Below are positions 1 through 9,660 of a DNA stretch of 64,000 nucleotides, in pieces (position 1 is the stretch's first letter; every line of letters begins with the position of its first letter). The DNA comes from a virus (lineage: Duplodnaviria; Caudoviricetes): the IMG/VR virus record IMGVR_UViG_3300028197_000002; one strand, written 5' to 3'. The notes beneath the pieces are model-generated. The model made no database searches. It was not told where the DNA came from and saw nothing but the letters and a program-made list of their open reading frames with translations. Made by a program: the position numbers and the translations under genes.

Positions 1-176
1 GCTTTATTCTCTTCTAAAAGAATATGGATCTTTGAGCGGCTCTGAATGTCTTATAAACACCTCTTTAAATGGAAAGAACAAACCTATTTGCAGTAGCTTA
101 GAAGATGCTGTTTCTGATTTTAAAAACAAAGAAATTCAATTGATATCAATTAATGATAAATTAGATTCTTTGAAGT

Positions 177-959
177 TCATATGAAATAAATAGAATTTTT
201 AGTTTTTGTTTTCGGGTAGCATTTGTAAACGCTAGACAGACAGCGACCGGAGTCATTTTTTATATATACTGTTGATTTTATTCCAATAATTCCTGCCAAA
301 TGAGACATGCCGCTGTCGGCTCCAATGAATTCTTTGCATCTGTTCATTTTTTCTATCAAATAAGACAAGTCTCCTAAAAGATATTTTGATTCTTCTATTT
401 TGGTGTAAATTTTAATATAATATTCTTTTGATTCTTTTCCACCTATGTAAAAATAATTTTTGTATTTTAATATTTCTTTGATTTCTTTTTCTGAGTAATT
501 TTTTTTAACTCCTCTTTTGTCAAATTGAACTAAAGTTAATTCTTTTTTTCTATTTGTTTTTAGTTTTTGTTTTATTGGATTTGATTTTTTAATGTCAAAA
601 TTAAAATTTTCTATTAAGAATTTTGAAAATTGACTTATAAAAAAACAACCATTATACATTCCAATTTTACAATTACATTTATTTTTGAGCGAATAGTTGT
701 TTATTTCTTTTATTAGATCTACTGAGTTTATTGTAAATATATTTAATTTTTCGTTTATTGAAACCTTTTTAAATTCAAAGTGTTTGTTGAGTTTTTTGCA
801 TATCTCGCAAACTTTTTCGCCTTCTACTTTTAATTTAAAATTTATATTTTTTTGTTTTCCTAGATTTTCAAGGCAATACATGATAAAGATCACATCGCCA
901 ATTCCACATGTTTTTCCATTGAAGTTTTCTTCTTTTATACTAAAATATTTTGTAGGCAT
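177..959 (-). CDS. Glycosyltransferase family 9-like (heptosyltransferase-type) protein
   Basis: C-terminal FIGADSGMSHLAGIIG matches the GT9 DSGxxHLA motif; N-terminal GIGDVI. Confidence 0.65.
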   Translation of the reverse strand: MPTKYFSIKEENFNGKTCGIGDVIFIMYCLENLGKQKNINFKLKVEGEKVCEICKKLNKHFEFKKVSINEKLNIFTINSVDLIKEINNYSLKNKCNCKIGMYNGCFFISQFSKFLIENFNFDIKKSNPIKQKLKTNRKKELTLVQFDKRGVKKNYSEKEIKEILKYKNYFYIGGKESKEYYIKIYTKIEESKYLLGDLSYLIEKMNRCKEFIGADSGMSHLAGIIGIKSTVYIKNDSGRCLSSVYKCYPKTKTKNSIYFI

Positions 960-969
960 GTTGATATCT

Positions 970-1638
970 ATGATTACAAAAAAAACTCTTGTAGCACACC
1001 AACCGAGTTATTTGCCTTGGTTGGGTTATGTTGAAAAATTGAGAATTAGTGATGTCTTTGTGATAATGGATGATGTTAAATTTAGCAAGAATAGCATGTA
1101 TGCTAGAAATTACATAAAGATTAAAGATAAAAAAGTTCTTTTAACTGTCCCTACTTGTAATGAAGATAAAAATAAAAAGATAAAAGATGTGAAGATAGCA
1201 GGGGATTCTTGGAGGCAGAATCATTTAAAAAAAATAATTATGGCTTATTCTAAAAGTGATTTTTATGATTTATATTTTCCAAGAATTGAAAAAATATATT
1301 GTAAAAACTGGAAATGGATTTTCGATTTGAATTTAGAATTTTTATTTTTTATAAAAGATGTTTTTGAAATCAAATCTGATTTGAAAATTGCTAGTCATTT
1401 TGATTTTGAAGGAGATAAAAATTTAAGATTGGTAAATTATTGCAATCAATTTAATGCAAATGAGTATTTGTTTGGGGAAAATGGAAAAAACTATGTAGAT
1501 GAGAAGTTGTTTTCAGAGAATGGGGTGAGAGTAGGATTTCAGAAATTTAAATGTCCCAATGAAAGACTAAGTTTTTTAGATTATATTTTCAAATACAAAA
1601 TATATGATGGCTTTTTCGGAGTGATAGAATATGTTTAA
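970..1638 (+). CDS. WbqC-like protein (putative glycyl transferase for amino sugars)
   Basis: AHQPSYLPWLGYVEKL..SDVFVIMDDVKF..RNYI signature. Start moved from ORF-track 697 to ATG 970; ATG 958 is also possible. Confidence 0.85.
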   Translation: MITKKTLVAHQPSYLPWLGYVEKLRISDVFVIMDDVKFSKNSMYARNYIKIKDKKVLLTVPTCNEDKNKKIKDVKIAGDSWRQNHLKKIIMAYSKSDFYDLYFPRIEKIYCKNWKWIFDLNLEFLFFIKDVFEIKSDLKIASHFDFEGDKNLRLVNYCNQFNANEYLFGENGKNYVDEKLFSENGVRVGFQKFKCPNERLSFLDYIFKYKIYDGFFGVIEYV

Positions 1639-2221
1639 AAATGAAAAAGAGTATTTTGAAATTCACGAAAATAAAAAAGGAGCTTTGAAATTAGGATTTG
1701 GTTCCACATATAGTCAAAGTTATAGATATGGTGTTTTGACTAAAGACATAGATCTGAAAAACAAGAAGGCTATTCTTTTGGGATGTGGAGAGGGCGCAGG
1801 TGTTCCATTTTTACAATCTAAAGGATGTGAAGAAATTTATGGTTTTGACATATTGAAAAAAAATATAATTTCGGCTAAGAATAAATACCCTGATCTAGAG
1901 GAGAATTTTTTTGTTATCTCCAGAACAGAGGATGTGAGAAAAGTAGTTTCCACAACAGATTGGATTTTTGCTTCCGGAACTTGGAACGTAAAAACAAAAG
2001 AGAAATATTCTAAAATAGAAGGCCTTCTAGATTTAGTAGATATTGTTAGTGTTGGAATTGCCACTAATCTAACAACAAATGTTTCAGAGAGTGATGATTG
2101 TCATAATTTTTCTCAATTAAAAGTCTTGGAAATGTTTATGAATAAATTTAAAAAATGGAAATTAGATTATAGTTATTTTAAAAATGACTTTTCAATATTT
2201 GGAATTGATCCTATAAAATAA
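1631..2221 (+). CDS. Class I SAM-dependent methyltransferase
   Basis: ILLGCGEG motif I, YGFDI motif II, DWIFASGTWN; overlaps the wbqC-like stop. Confidence 0.75.
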   Translation: MFKNEKEYFEIHENKKGALKLGFGSTYSQSYRYGVLTKDIDLKNKKAILLGCGEGAGVPFLQSKGCEEIYGFDILKKNIISAKNKYPDLEENFFVISRTEDVRKVVSTTDWIFASGTWNVKTKEKYSKIEGLLDLVDIVSVGIATNLTTNVSESDDCHNFSQLKVLEMFMNKFKKWKLDYSYFKNDFSIFGIDPIK

Positions 2222-3956
2222 ATTTGTTTTTATATATTATCTTGTCGCCAATACATAGTATGTCCATACCTGAGTTTTCAAATATTGTTTTTGCCTGCGT
2301 AGTATTTCCAACTATTGGACCACCTCCTTCATTTAAAGAGGTGTTTAACAACATTGGGATTTTTGTTAATTTGTAAAATTCTTTGATCAATTCATAAAAG
2401 TCTTCATTGTCTTCTTTTTCTATTGTTTGAATTCTGCTTGTTCCATCTTCATGTGTTACTGCTGGAATTATTTTTTGTTTTTCTTTTTTTACTTTTGCTG
2501 CGAACATCATGTGTTTGCTTTTATGAATATCAAACCAATCTTTTGCAAATTCTTCTAAAACAGAAGGGGCATATGGCCTCCAATGTTCTCTGTGTTTTAC
2601 TTTTGAGTTTAATTTATCTTTTCCATCTTTGATTGATGGATTCATTAAAATAGATCTATTTCCTAAAGCTCTGGGACCTATCTCGCCATTCCCTTGATAC
2701 CACCCAATAATTTTTCCTTTTGCTAATTCTTTAGCAATTGTTTGTATTGTTTCTTTGCTTGGTCTTTCTACGGATTGATCACTTTGCATGTAAGGAAAAT
2801 TTTTAATTTCTGGAAATTTTATTTCATATTTTAGAAGTAAAAATGCCAAACAACCTAAGCTTAATCCTCCATCGTAACAATGAGGAACCACATGCAGATC
2901 GGGATATTCTTTTAAAAATTTTGCATTTGCAACTGTATTTTGAGCACATCCTCCAGAGTATACAATTTTAGATTTTTTTGGAATGAATTTTTTAAACATT
3001 AGTAAAACTATTTCTTCCCATATTTTGTGAAAAGTTGTTACTAAATTTAGAAAATTTTCATTTTTAAAGTTGCATGCATTAGAATGTTTGATTAGTTCGG
3101 GTCTTTTGTTTGGGTCAAGTATGTCGTCAGGCATACATAAAAAAACATTTAATGATTCAAACCAAAAATTTGTTATTTTAAATTTCAATATATTATTTTT
3201 TGATTTTTCTTTAAAATATCGAATGATATTTTCATCTATTTTTCCATATGCTTGCAAACCCATAATCTTCCCAGCAAAATCTTGAAGCTTCCCTTGCATG
3301 TTCATGCAAATTCCTATGTTTTCGAACAGCCCTCCCAGAGAATTCCAATTTATTTCTATGTCGTTGTTGTCATTCTTTCTTATCCATCTTGAATTAAATA
3401 AGATTTTTAAATTTTTCATATCAAAAGGATTTTTTAAAATTAACTTGTTATTAAAATCAGGTCCTCCTCCATCTATGGAAATTCCATAATCTGATTCTTT
3501 GAAGTTTTCATTCGATATCCATCCGCTTAGGATGTGGCAATAATCATGATGCACCCAACAAATTGGGACATCTGTCATTTTTGTTTTCGCCAGCAACGTG
3601 ACATAATTCTCTAAAATTTCTTTTCTTTTGCAGATTAAATGTTTGTTTTTTTTAATTACTGATTCTATTTCTTTTATATTTTTTATCCATTCTAATTCTA
3701 ATGATTTTATGTTTTTATAGTTCTGGCTAAACAAAGTAATTGATTTATCGTCTAAATCTTTTAAACTTCCAAGAGTTATTGCTACGACATCTGCTTTAAA
3801 TTTATTTTTGTTTATGAATTTTGAAATCGCAGTACAATGTTCATCGTGTTTCTTTTTTGAATGTCTTTCTTCTTTGATATAATGAAGTTCGGAAGTTTTT
3901 GAATCATAGGTAGTTACGTTAAAATCATGGCCCGAATGAACACATAGAAATTTCAT
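2211..3956 (-). CDS. Carbamoyltransferase (NodU/CmcH family)
   Basis: HDFN..EERHSKKKHD, HHDYCH, IDGGG, AGKIMGLQAYG, YSGGCAQN, WYQGNGEIGPRALGNRSIL, KHREHWRPYAPSV, LLNTSLN. Confidence 0.93.
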   Translation of the reverse strand: MKFLCVHSGHDFNVTTYDSKTSELHYIKEERHSKKKHDEHCTAISKFINKNKFKADVVAITLGSLKDLDDKSITLFSQNYKNIKSLELEWIKNIKEIESVIKKNKHLICKRKEILENYVTLLAKTKMTDVPICWVHHDYCHILSGWISNENFKESDYGISIDGGGPDFNNKLILKNPFDMKNLKILFNSRWIRKNDNNDIEINWNSLGGLFENIGICMNMQGKLQDFAGKIMGLQAYGKIDENIIRYFKEKSKNNILKFKITNFWFESLNVFLCMPDDILDPNKRPELIKHSNACNFKNENFLNLVTTFHKIWEEIVLLMFKKFIPKKSKIVYSGGCAQNTVANAKFLKEYPDLHVVPHCYDGGLSLGCLAFLLLKYEIKFPEIKNFPYMQSDQSVERPSKETIQTIAKELAKGKIIGWYQGNGEIGPRALGNRSILMNPSIKDGKDKLNSKVKHREHWRPYAPSVLEEFAKDWFDIHKSKHMMFAAKVKKEKQKIIPAVTHEDGTSRIQTIEKEDNEDFYELIKEFYKLTKIPMLLNTSLNEGGGPIVGNTTQAKTIFENSGMDILCIGDKIIYKNKFIL

Positions 3957-4050
3957 TTTTATCCTCTCTAATTTTTATGATTTACTATTATATAGTATGA
4001 TTTATTGTGTAATGCTGTTAAGAGAAAAATTTAAAGCAATTGAATAAAGT

Positions 4051-4686
4051 ATGAAATTTTTAAATTTTAAAAAAGTTTTGTGTTTGTCTCCTCATCCTGA
4101 TGATGTTGAAATAGGGATGATGGGAAGTATAATTAAATTTAAAAAAACTGATTTTGATTTGCTTTATCTTTCTAAAGGTGGAGCAAAAAAATACGATAAA
4201 ACAAATAGCAAAAATAGAATCGAAGAAGCTATTGGTATTTGGAGTTATTCTAAGCAGAAGAACGTTTCTTTTATTTCCTCTAAATTCAACTATATAGAAG
4301 ACGCAACAGAAGAAGATTGGATTAACTATTTAGATAAAGTCTTTTGCAAGAAAAAATACGATTGCTTGTTTGTTCCTTCTTTAGAAGATTCTCACTCAGA
4401 TCATCAGCTAGTAAATAAATTTGGCAAAGCTATGTTGAGAATATCCAAGACATCTCTTATAGAATATCAAACGCCTAGTTCTTTAAATGATTGGTCGTTT
4501 AATTTTTTTGTAGACATAAGAAATCAATATGAAGACAAAATTAATTATTTAAGAATGATAGAGTCGCAGAAAGAGAAAGAATATCTAAAGCAAAAAGCTT
4601 TAGATTGTTTTCATTCAAACTTCCAGTGCTCTAAAAAAGGTTTGCTAGAAGTTGAAAAATTTAAAATTATTGATCTTTATTGTTAA
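4051..4686 (+). CDS. PIG-L/LmbE family deacetylase
   Basis: LSPHPDDVEIG metal motif and DSHSDH. Confidence 0.88.
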   Translation: MKFLNFKKVLCLSPHPDDVEIGMMGSIIKFKKTDFDLLYLSKGGAKKYDKTNSKNRIEEAIGIWSYSKQKNVSFISSKFNYIEDATEEDWINYLDKVFCKKKYDCLFVPSLEDSHSDHQLVNKFGKAMLRISKTSLIEYQTPSSLNDWSFNFFVDIRNQYEDKINYLRMIESQKEKEYLKQKALDCFHSNFQCSKKGLLEVEKFKIIDLYC

Positions 4687-5467
4687 TGCGAATATTTTTG
4701 TACTTTTCCCAAGGAATGCGTTTTGTTGAATTATGTTCACAAAAATGACAGCCGTATTTCCCATGTTTATAATCTAACCAACAATTAGAAATTTCTATGT
4801 CATTTATAAAAATCGGATCTTTATTTAACAAACATTTTGCGACCAAACCTTGTTCGTCAAAATATTCCCATTTTTTCAAATTAGCTTCTTTTAAAAATTT
4901 TATTATTTCATGTTCGAATTCATAATTTGGTGGCAAACCAAAAATCCCACTATTTAAAATAAATTTTTTTGATTTTTTATTATGTGTAAAGCTTCCTTCG
5001 ACTGCTTGTGCAATTTCGCGATGTTTAATACTTGCCGGATTATAAATAGAAAAAAAACTGGAAAATGCACCATAAGGCAGACGTCTATATTTGTTGATCC
5101 GCATGTCATTGCATCCATAGCATAGAGGTTTGTTGCTTTGTAAAAACTTATCTATTTGAGGAATTCTTTTGTGAATTACAATGTCATTATCTAAAAATAT
5201 TTCATGAGAATTTATTCTTAGTCGAGGAGGAAAAAGCTTCCAAGCGTTAATAGAAAAAGGCTTGACTTGAATATTGCAACAATCGTGTGTTTGCTGGAAA
5301 TAAGAAACATTTTCTAAAGTTTCTAAATCTTCTAATTCTATTTCGTTGTAACAAACCGTATAGTCAAACTCTGGATAGATTTTTTTAAAAGATATGATAG
5401 ATTCTTTAAGTATTTCATGTCCTGTTTTGCTTACTTTTCCTATTGTCCATCTAGCTAAAGGCTTCAT
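4667..5467 (-). CDS. Putative GT-A fold glycosyltransferase (paralog family RWxxG/WKxxPPRL/HEIxLDND)
   Basis: LDND DxD motif, NSGIFGL, EQGL; shares motifs with 17118 and 18777. Confidence 0.6.
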   Translation of the reverse strand: MKPLARWTIGKVSKTGHEILKESIISFKKIYPEFDYTVCYNEIELEDLETLENVSYFQQTHDCCNIQVKPFSINAWKLFPPRLRINSHEIFLDNDIVIHKRIPQIDKFLQSNKPLCYGCNDMRINKYRRLPYGAFSSFFSIYNPASIKHREIAQAVEGSFTHNKKSKKFILNSGIFGLPPNYEFEHEIIKFLKEANLKKWEYFDEQGLVAKCLLNKDPIFINDIEISNCWLDYKHGKYGCHFCEHNSTKRIPWEKYKNIRINNKDQ

Positions 5468-5505
5468 ATTGATTTAAGTTTAGTGGTTTCTTTATATATA
5501 GTTTT

Positions 5506-6300
5506 ATGATCAATATAATAATTTCTATTTTTGATGAAGCATTCATGTTTCATGCAATGAGAATGTATAAATCTTATAGATTTTTTGATAAAGAAACAAA
5601 AATGTATGCTGGATCAATAAATCTTTCTCAAAAAAGCATTGAAAAATTAGAATCCATAGGAGTTGAAGTTTTATTTAACAAAAAAAAAGAAGTTCCAAAA
5701 CACCTTCAGCTATGCGATTTAATTATTGAAGATTATATAGAAGATGTTGAGTGGGATAGTTTAATGTGGATAGATGCAGATACTATTGTTCTTAGGCCTT
5801 TGAATCATCTTTTTTCTCAAGATTTTGATTTCATTTGTCATGGAGGCAATATAAATTTAGGTTATTTTAAGCAAGGAGCTTTTAATTGCTATCCTTACAA
5901 ATCTACTTGGATAAAAAGAGAAATAAAAAATGATGAATTAGTTGAAACATGCAAATGGGGAGATTTTTTTGCAATGGGTCTTTGGGTTGCTAAAAATAAA
6001 GAGTTGATAAAAGATTTTAATTTATTGTATAAAAAAAATAAAAGATCTTATTTTGAAGGAGACATTTGCAGCGAACTTTTGAATGCCAAATATAAATGCA
6101 AACAGCTAGACGGTTTTGAATGGTCAGTTGGAACATTGCAAAATGATTTGTTGTATTATGAGAACGATAAAGTTATTTTAAAAGTAGGCGACAAGAAGCA
6201 TTTTCCGTACCAGTTTGGTTATTCTAGAATAGGAGAGGAAAGGCCTGAATGCGAAGCTATAGAAAAGTTTTATAAGAAACGAATATTGAAATTAGGATGA
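5506..6300 (+). CDS. Putative GT8-like nucleotide-diphospho-sugar transferase
   Basis: LMWIDADTIV DxD motif. Confidence 0.6.
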   Translation: MINIIISIFDEAFMFHAMRMYKSYRFFDKETKMYAGSINLSQKSIEKLESIGVEVLFNKKKEVPKHLQLCDLIIEDYIEDVEWDSLMWIDADTIVLRPLNHLFSQDFDFICHGGNINLGYFKQGAFNCYPYKSTWIKREIKNDELVETCKWGDFFAMGLWVAKNKELIKDFNLLYKKNKRSYFEGDICSELLNAKYKCKQLDGFEWSVGTLQNDLLYYENDKVILKVGDKKHFPYQFGYSRIGEERPECEAIEKFYKKRILKLG

Positions 6301-7043
6301 AAATTAAATATTTTTTCATTATAAAACTTTAGTTGTTCGTCACAAATTATTGTTTTAAAAAAATCTTCATTTGTGGTAAGTTGTCGGTATCTTTTCGTAA
6401 CTTCCATTTGTTGAGATCTGTTTTGATAATCCATTTGATCAAAACTACTTCCACCACCGTTAGTTGCTAAGAATTCCAATCCCGCATCGGAATGTTCTAC
6501 TTCGAATTTCGCAGATATTTCTTCTCTGTATTCTTTTTTTAAAAACCAATCATTAAAATTTATTTTTATTACTTCTTTATTGAAAAATGAAGGTTCTAAG
6601 TATTCTTTTGCATATGAAATCCAAAGTTCCTTGTCATTATAGTTTGTCCAAATTTCATTCCACCAATTCATTTCCATAGTTGGATTTAATTTTTTTTGAT
6701 ATCTAGATGCGTATGTGTTGTACGCATCTCTTAATAGCAAAATGTTATTTATTTTTGGTTTTAATTTTAGTACGTGACTAAAACTACTATTGAATTTTTC
6801 ATTTAACAGAACGGGCCTGTCTTCAAAACTTAAAATGCTAATTTTAAAATCAGAATGCCGACATCCTTTTTTTGTTATTTCGTGTGGCCCATCAACATAT
6901 ATATGTTCACCTATAACAAAGCAGTTGTTATAATGAATGTAAGATTCAAAGTGATTTAACAACCAGTTAATTACAGCATGGTTTCCACTTCTTTTTAATC
7001 CAAAAAAAAAGTAATCTCTATGTTCATTTGGTATTTTCATCAT
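6270..7043 (-). CDS. Sulfotransferase-like protein
   Basis: FFGLKRSGNHAVINW 5'-PSB-like loop; LLLRDAYNTYASR 3'-PB-like motif. Confidence 0.65.
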   Translation of the reverse strand: MMKIPNEHRDYFFFGLKRSGNHAVINWLLNHFESYIHYNNCFVIGEHIYVDGPHEITKKGCRHSDFKISILSFEDRPVLLNEKFNSSFSHVLKLKPKINNILLLRDAYNTYASRYQKKLNPTMEMNWWNEIWTNYNDKELWISYAKEYLEPSFFNKEVIKINFNDWFLKKEYREEISAKFEVEHSDAGLEFLATNGGGSSFDQMDYQNRSQQMEVTKRYRQLTTNEDFFKTIICDEQLKFYNEKIFNFHPNFNIRFL

Positions 7044-7067
7044 AGCATTTTAAAATAGTTTATTGTA

Positions 7068-7868
7068 ATGAGTAATTATAAAACAATAGGAATAATATCT
7101 CTTTCTAGGAGTGGTAGTACATTTTTAAATAATCACTTTGTTAATAAAAATAATTATTCTATTGAAGAGTTTTTTAATCATTGTGATTTGGGTGATGGAC
7201 GCATAGCCGATCCCGCTATGATAAAATTATTTAGTAGAATTGAAAAACAAGTAAAAGGATTCGATGGCTCAAATGTGGATTTCAATAATAGAATTGATCA
7301 ATTTTTCTTTATAAAAAAAACAATTAAAAAAAACATAGTACTTAAGATAATTCCCAGCCATGCTTCTTGGCTGGATGAAAATAAAATTATTCCAATTATT
7401 GATAATTTAGATTTTTTAATTTTTAATTATAGAAAAAACTTATTGGATTCATTCATTAGTTTAGAAAAGGCAAAAATAACGGGCCGATGGTCTTCAATTA
7501 ATCATGAGTATATAGATTTAAAAATAAAATGGGATGAAAAAAGATGGGGTGAGTATTTGTCAGCCAGTATTGATTCACTAAATTTCATTTTAAATATTTA
7601 TAATAAATTTGAAAGAAAAAAACACATGGTTTGTTATGAAGATTTTTGTAAAAATAAATCAAGATTTGATTATTTGTCTGATATTTTTGAAGATCAAATT
7701 GTTCTTCGTGAAAATTCTATTTGTCTTAAAAAGCAAAGAAAAGAAAATATTTTAGAAGATAACTTTATTAATCCGTTAGAGTTTTTAGATTACTCTATGC
7801 ATAATGAATCGTTAACAACATTTGCAAAAGACATTTCAATTTATATTAAATCAAAACTAAAATCATGA
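7068..7868 (+). CDS. Sulfotransferase (Stf0-like)
   Basis: SLSRSGSTFL, YRKNLLDSFISLEKAKITGRW, VCYEDF. Confidence 0.75.
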   Translation: MSNYKTIGIISLSRSGSTFLNNHFVNKNNYSIEEFFNHCDLGDGRIADPAMIKLFSRIEKQVKGFDGSNVDFNNRIDQFFFIKKTIKKNIVLKIIPSHASWLDENKIIPIIDNLDFLIFNYRKNLLDSFISLEKAKITGRWSSINHEYIDLKIKWDEKRWGEYLSASIDSLNFILNIYNKFERKKHMVCYEDFCKNKSRFDYLSDIFEDQIVLRENSICLKKQRKENILEDNFINPLEFLDYSMHNESLTTFAKDISIYIKSKLKS

Positions 7869-8539
7869 GTAATTTAACATTGTTTGTTTTAGGCCATGAA
7901 AAAGAAGCTATAAAAAACACTTGTTCTTTAATAAAAGAACAGCCTAATTTGAAAGTAGTGCCTGTGAACTTAGAAGATTGCGATCTTTCAAATTACCCTG
8001 AAAATTACAACACTAAATTACTAAGTGAAAATCGGTTTTTTCTTTCTGATTGGAATGTAGAAACAGAATACGTAGGAGTAATATCATACGCTTGGCCAGA
8101 AAAGTATGACTTTAATTTAAAGTTACTTTCTAAGAAAGTTCTACAAGGTATTAGTGAAAATAAAGTAATAGCTCCGGCTACAACATCTGCTGATCATTGG
8201 CTGAAGATGACAGAAAAGTATCACGCAGGAATGATGCCTTATTTGGAAGAATTGGCTTCTTTTATGAATTATGATAAAAAATGGAAATCTGAACCAACTT
8301 TTTGGTGCAACTCTTTTTTTTGTCATAGAGATGTCTTTTTTAATTTTGTAAAAAATTGGAGGTTGATGTTTGATTTTTTAAATATTAGATACAAAATGAA
8401 TTTTAATTTTAATTGTGTAGAAAAATATTCTGACAAAGAAAGAAAACCGGCTTATCTCTTAGAAAGAGCCACTATGATGCACTTTGCAGAAAGTTCTTTT
8501 CAAGTAATTCAATACAATCAACAAAATTTCAAATTGTAA
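7865..8539 (+). CDS. Hypothetical protein, possibly glycosyltransferase-related
   Basis: ATGA coupling to upstream gene; FWCNSFFC and YLLERA resemble GT-associated motifs. Confidence 0.4.
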   Translation: MSNLTLFVLGHEKEAIKNTCSLIKEQPNLKVVPVNLEDCDLSNYPENYNTKLLSENRFFLSDWNVETEYVGVISYAWPEKYDFNLKLLSKKVLQGISENKVIAPATTSADHWLKMTEKYHAGMMPYLEELASFMNYDKKWKSEPTFWCNSFFCHRDVFFNFVKNWRLMFDFLNIRYKMNFNFNCVEKYSDKERKPAYLLERATMMHFAESSFQVIQYNQQNFKL

Positions 8540-8566
8540 AATTACTTTTTTAGGTATAATCATTAA

Positions 8567-9202
8567 ATGAATAGTTATGAAGTTGTAGAATCTTTTGAAA
8601 AGCGAGTAGCAGATTACGCAGGCAGCAAATACGCTGTTGCTGTTGATAGCTGCACAAATGCTTTGTTTCTTTCTTGTTTTTATTTGAATGCAAAGAAAGT
8701 TAAAATTCCAAAAAGAACATATGTTTCTGTTCCTTGTTCAATTATTCATGCAGGAGGCTCTGTTGAATTTACAGATGAAGATTGGATTGAAAAAGGATAT
8801 TACCAATTAGATCCTTATCCAATATATGATGCCGCTCATTTTTTTGAAAAAAACATGTATGAGGAGGTCAGAGGCGTAGGAAATTCTTATTTTTGCATAT
8901 CGTTCTCGGCCACTAAGATAATCAATATAGGCAAGGGCGGAATGATCCTCACAGATGATGGAAGTGCGGTTAGGTGGTTTAAGAAGGCTAGATATTGCGG
9001 TAGAAATTCGAAGCCTTTAATGGAAGATAATTTTGAAATGCTTGGTTGGAACATGTATATGACACCAGAACAAGCGGCTAGGGGCTTGCTTTTGATGAAC
9101 GATGCAAAATACGCTCATAGAAAAATCATGCCCGAATATCCTGATTTGTCTAATTATTCTGTTTATCGAAACCGCCAATATATACCGCCACGTAGTCGTT
9201 AA
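8567..9202 (+). CDS. Short DegT/DnrJ/EryC1/StrS-family PLP aminotransferase
   Basis: FEKRVADYAGSKYAVAVDSCTNAL, IYDAAH, SFSATK(PLP Lys)IINIGKGGMILTDD; only 211 aa. Confidence 0.88.
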   Translation: MNSYEVVESFEKRVADYAGSKYAVAVDSCTNALFLSCFYLNAKKVKIPKRTYVSVPCSIIHAGGSVEFTDEDWIEKGYYQLDPYPIYDAAHFFEKNMYEEVRGVGNSYFCISFSATKIINIGKGGMILTDDGSAVRWFKKARYCGRNSKPLMEDNFEMLGWNMYMTPEQAARGLLLMNDAKYAHRKIMPEYPDLSNYSVYRNRQYIPPRSR

Positions 9203-9262
9203 AAATGTAGTCCCAGATCTTGGACTGCCTACTATCCATATTTTTTTATTTTTTTCATGCAT
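9203..9262 (-). pseudogene. N-terminal remnant of a sulfotransferase
   Basis: MHEKNKKIWIVGSPRSGTTFL is a canonical PAPS loop; downstream the frame runs antisense into the DegT gene with no further motifs. Confidence 0.55.
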
Positions 9263-9660
9263 TCGTCATTAATCCATTTTTTTATTTTATCTGTTTCTAA
9301 ATCAGGAAAGGAATCTAATGATATTTTAGATTCCATTTTCCATTTTTTTTCTTTTAATATTTTTTGTATAATTTCTCCACAACCTGAGTAGTTTAATCCA
9401 AGGTAATTGCCTAGTTCGCACAGAAAATAATTTTTATTTTTTGTTTTTGTTTTTAGAATATAGTTTTCAATATTTTTTGGAATTTCTTCGTCTCCAATAT
9501 TTGAAGTTATTATAAAAATAAATTTAAATTTTTCTAGTTCAGCGTCAGCAGCTTCTACCAAGACAGAATTTTTGATTTGTTTTTTTATTTGTTGTGCTAT
9601 TGTTTTGCTATTTTTGTTTTTTTTACTATTATATAAAAGTGCTATATAAGGTTTGCTCAT
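9232..9660 (-). CDS. Flavodoxin-like protein (degenerate FMN loop)
   Basis: ALLYNS, IITSNIGDEEIP (cf. TSTWGDGELP), CELGNY; 142 aa. Confidence 0.6.
   Translation of the reverse strand: MSKPYIALLYNSKKNKNSKTIAQQIKKQIKNSVLVEAADAELEKFKFIFIITSNIGDEEIPKNIENYILKTKTKNKNYFLCELGNYLGLNYSGCGEIIQKILKEKKWKMESKISLDSFPDLETDKIKKWINDECMKKIKKYG

Noticed and set aside
697-969. Long N-terminal extension of the WbqC ORF
   Set aside because: It is antisense to the GT9-like gene; WbqC motifs begin at 970
2211-3956. Definite DNA hypermodification system
   Set aside because: No nucleotide hydroxymethylase or other base-modifying gene nearby; the context is glycan-related, so it is kept only as an alternative
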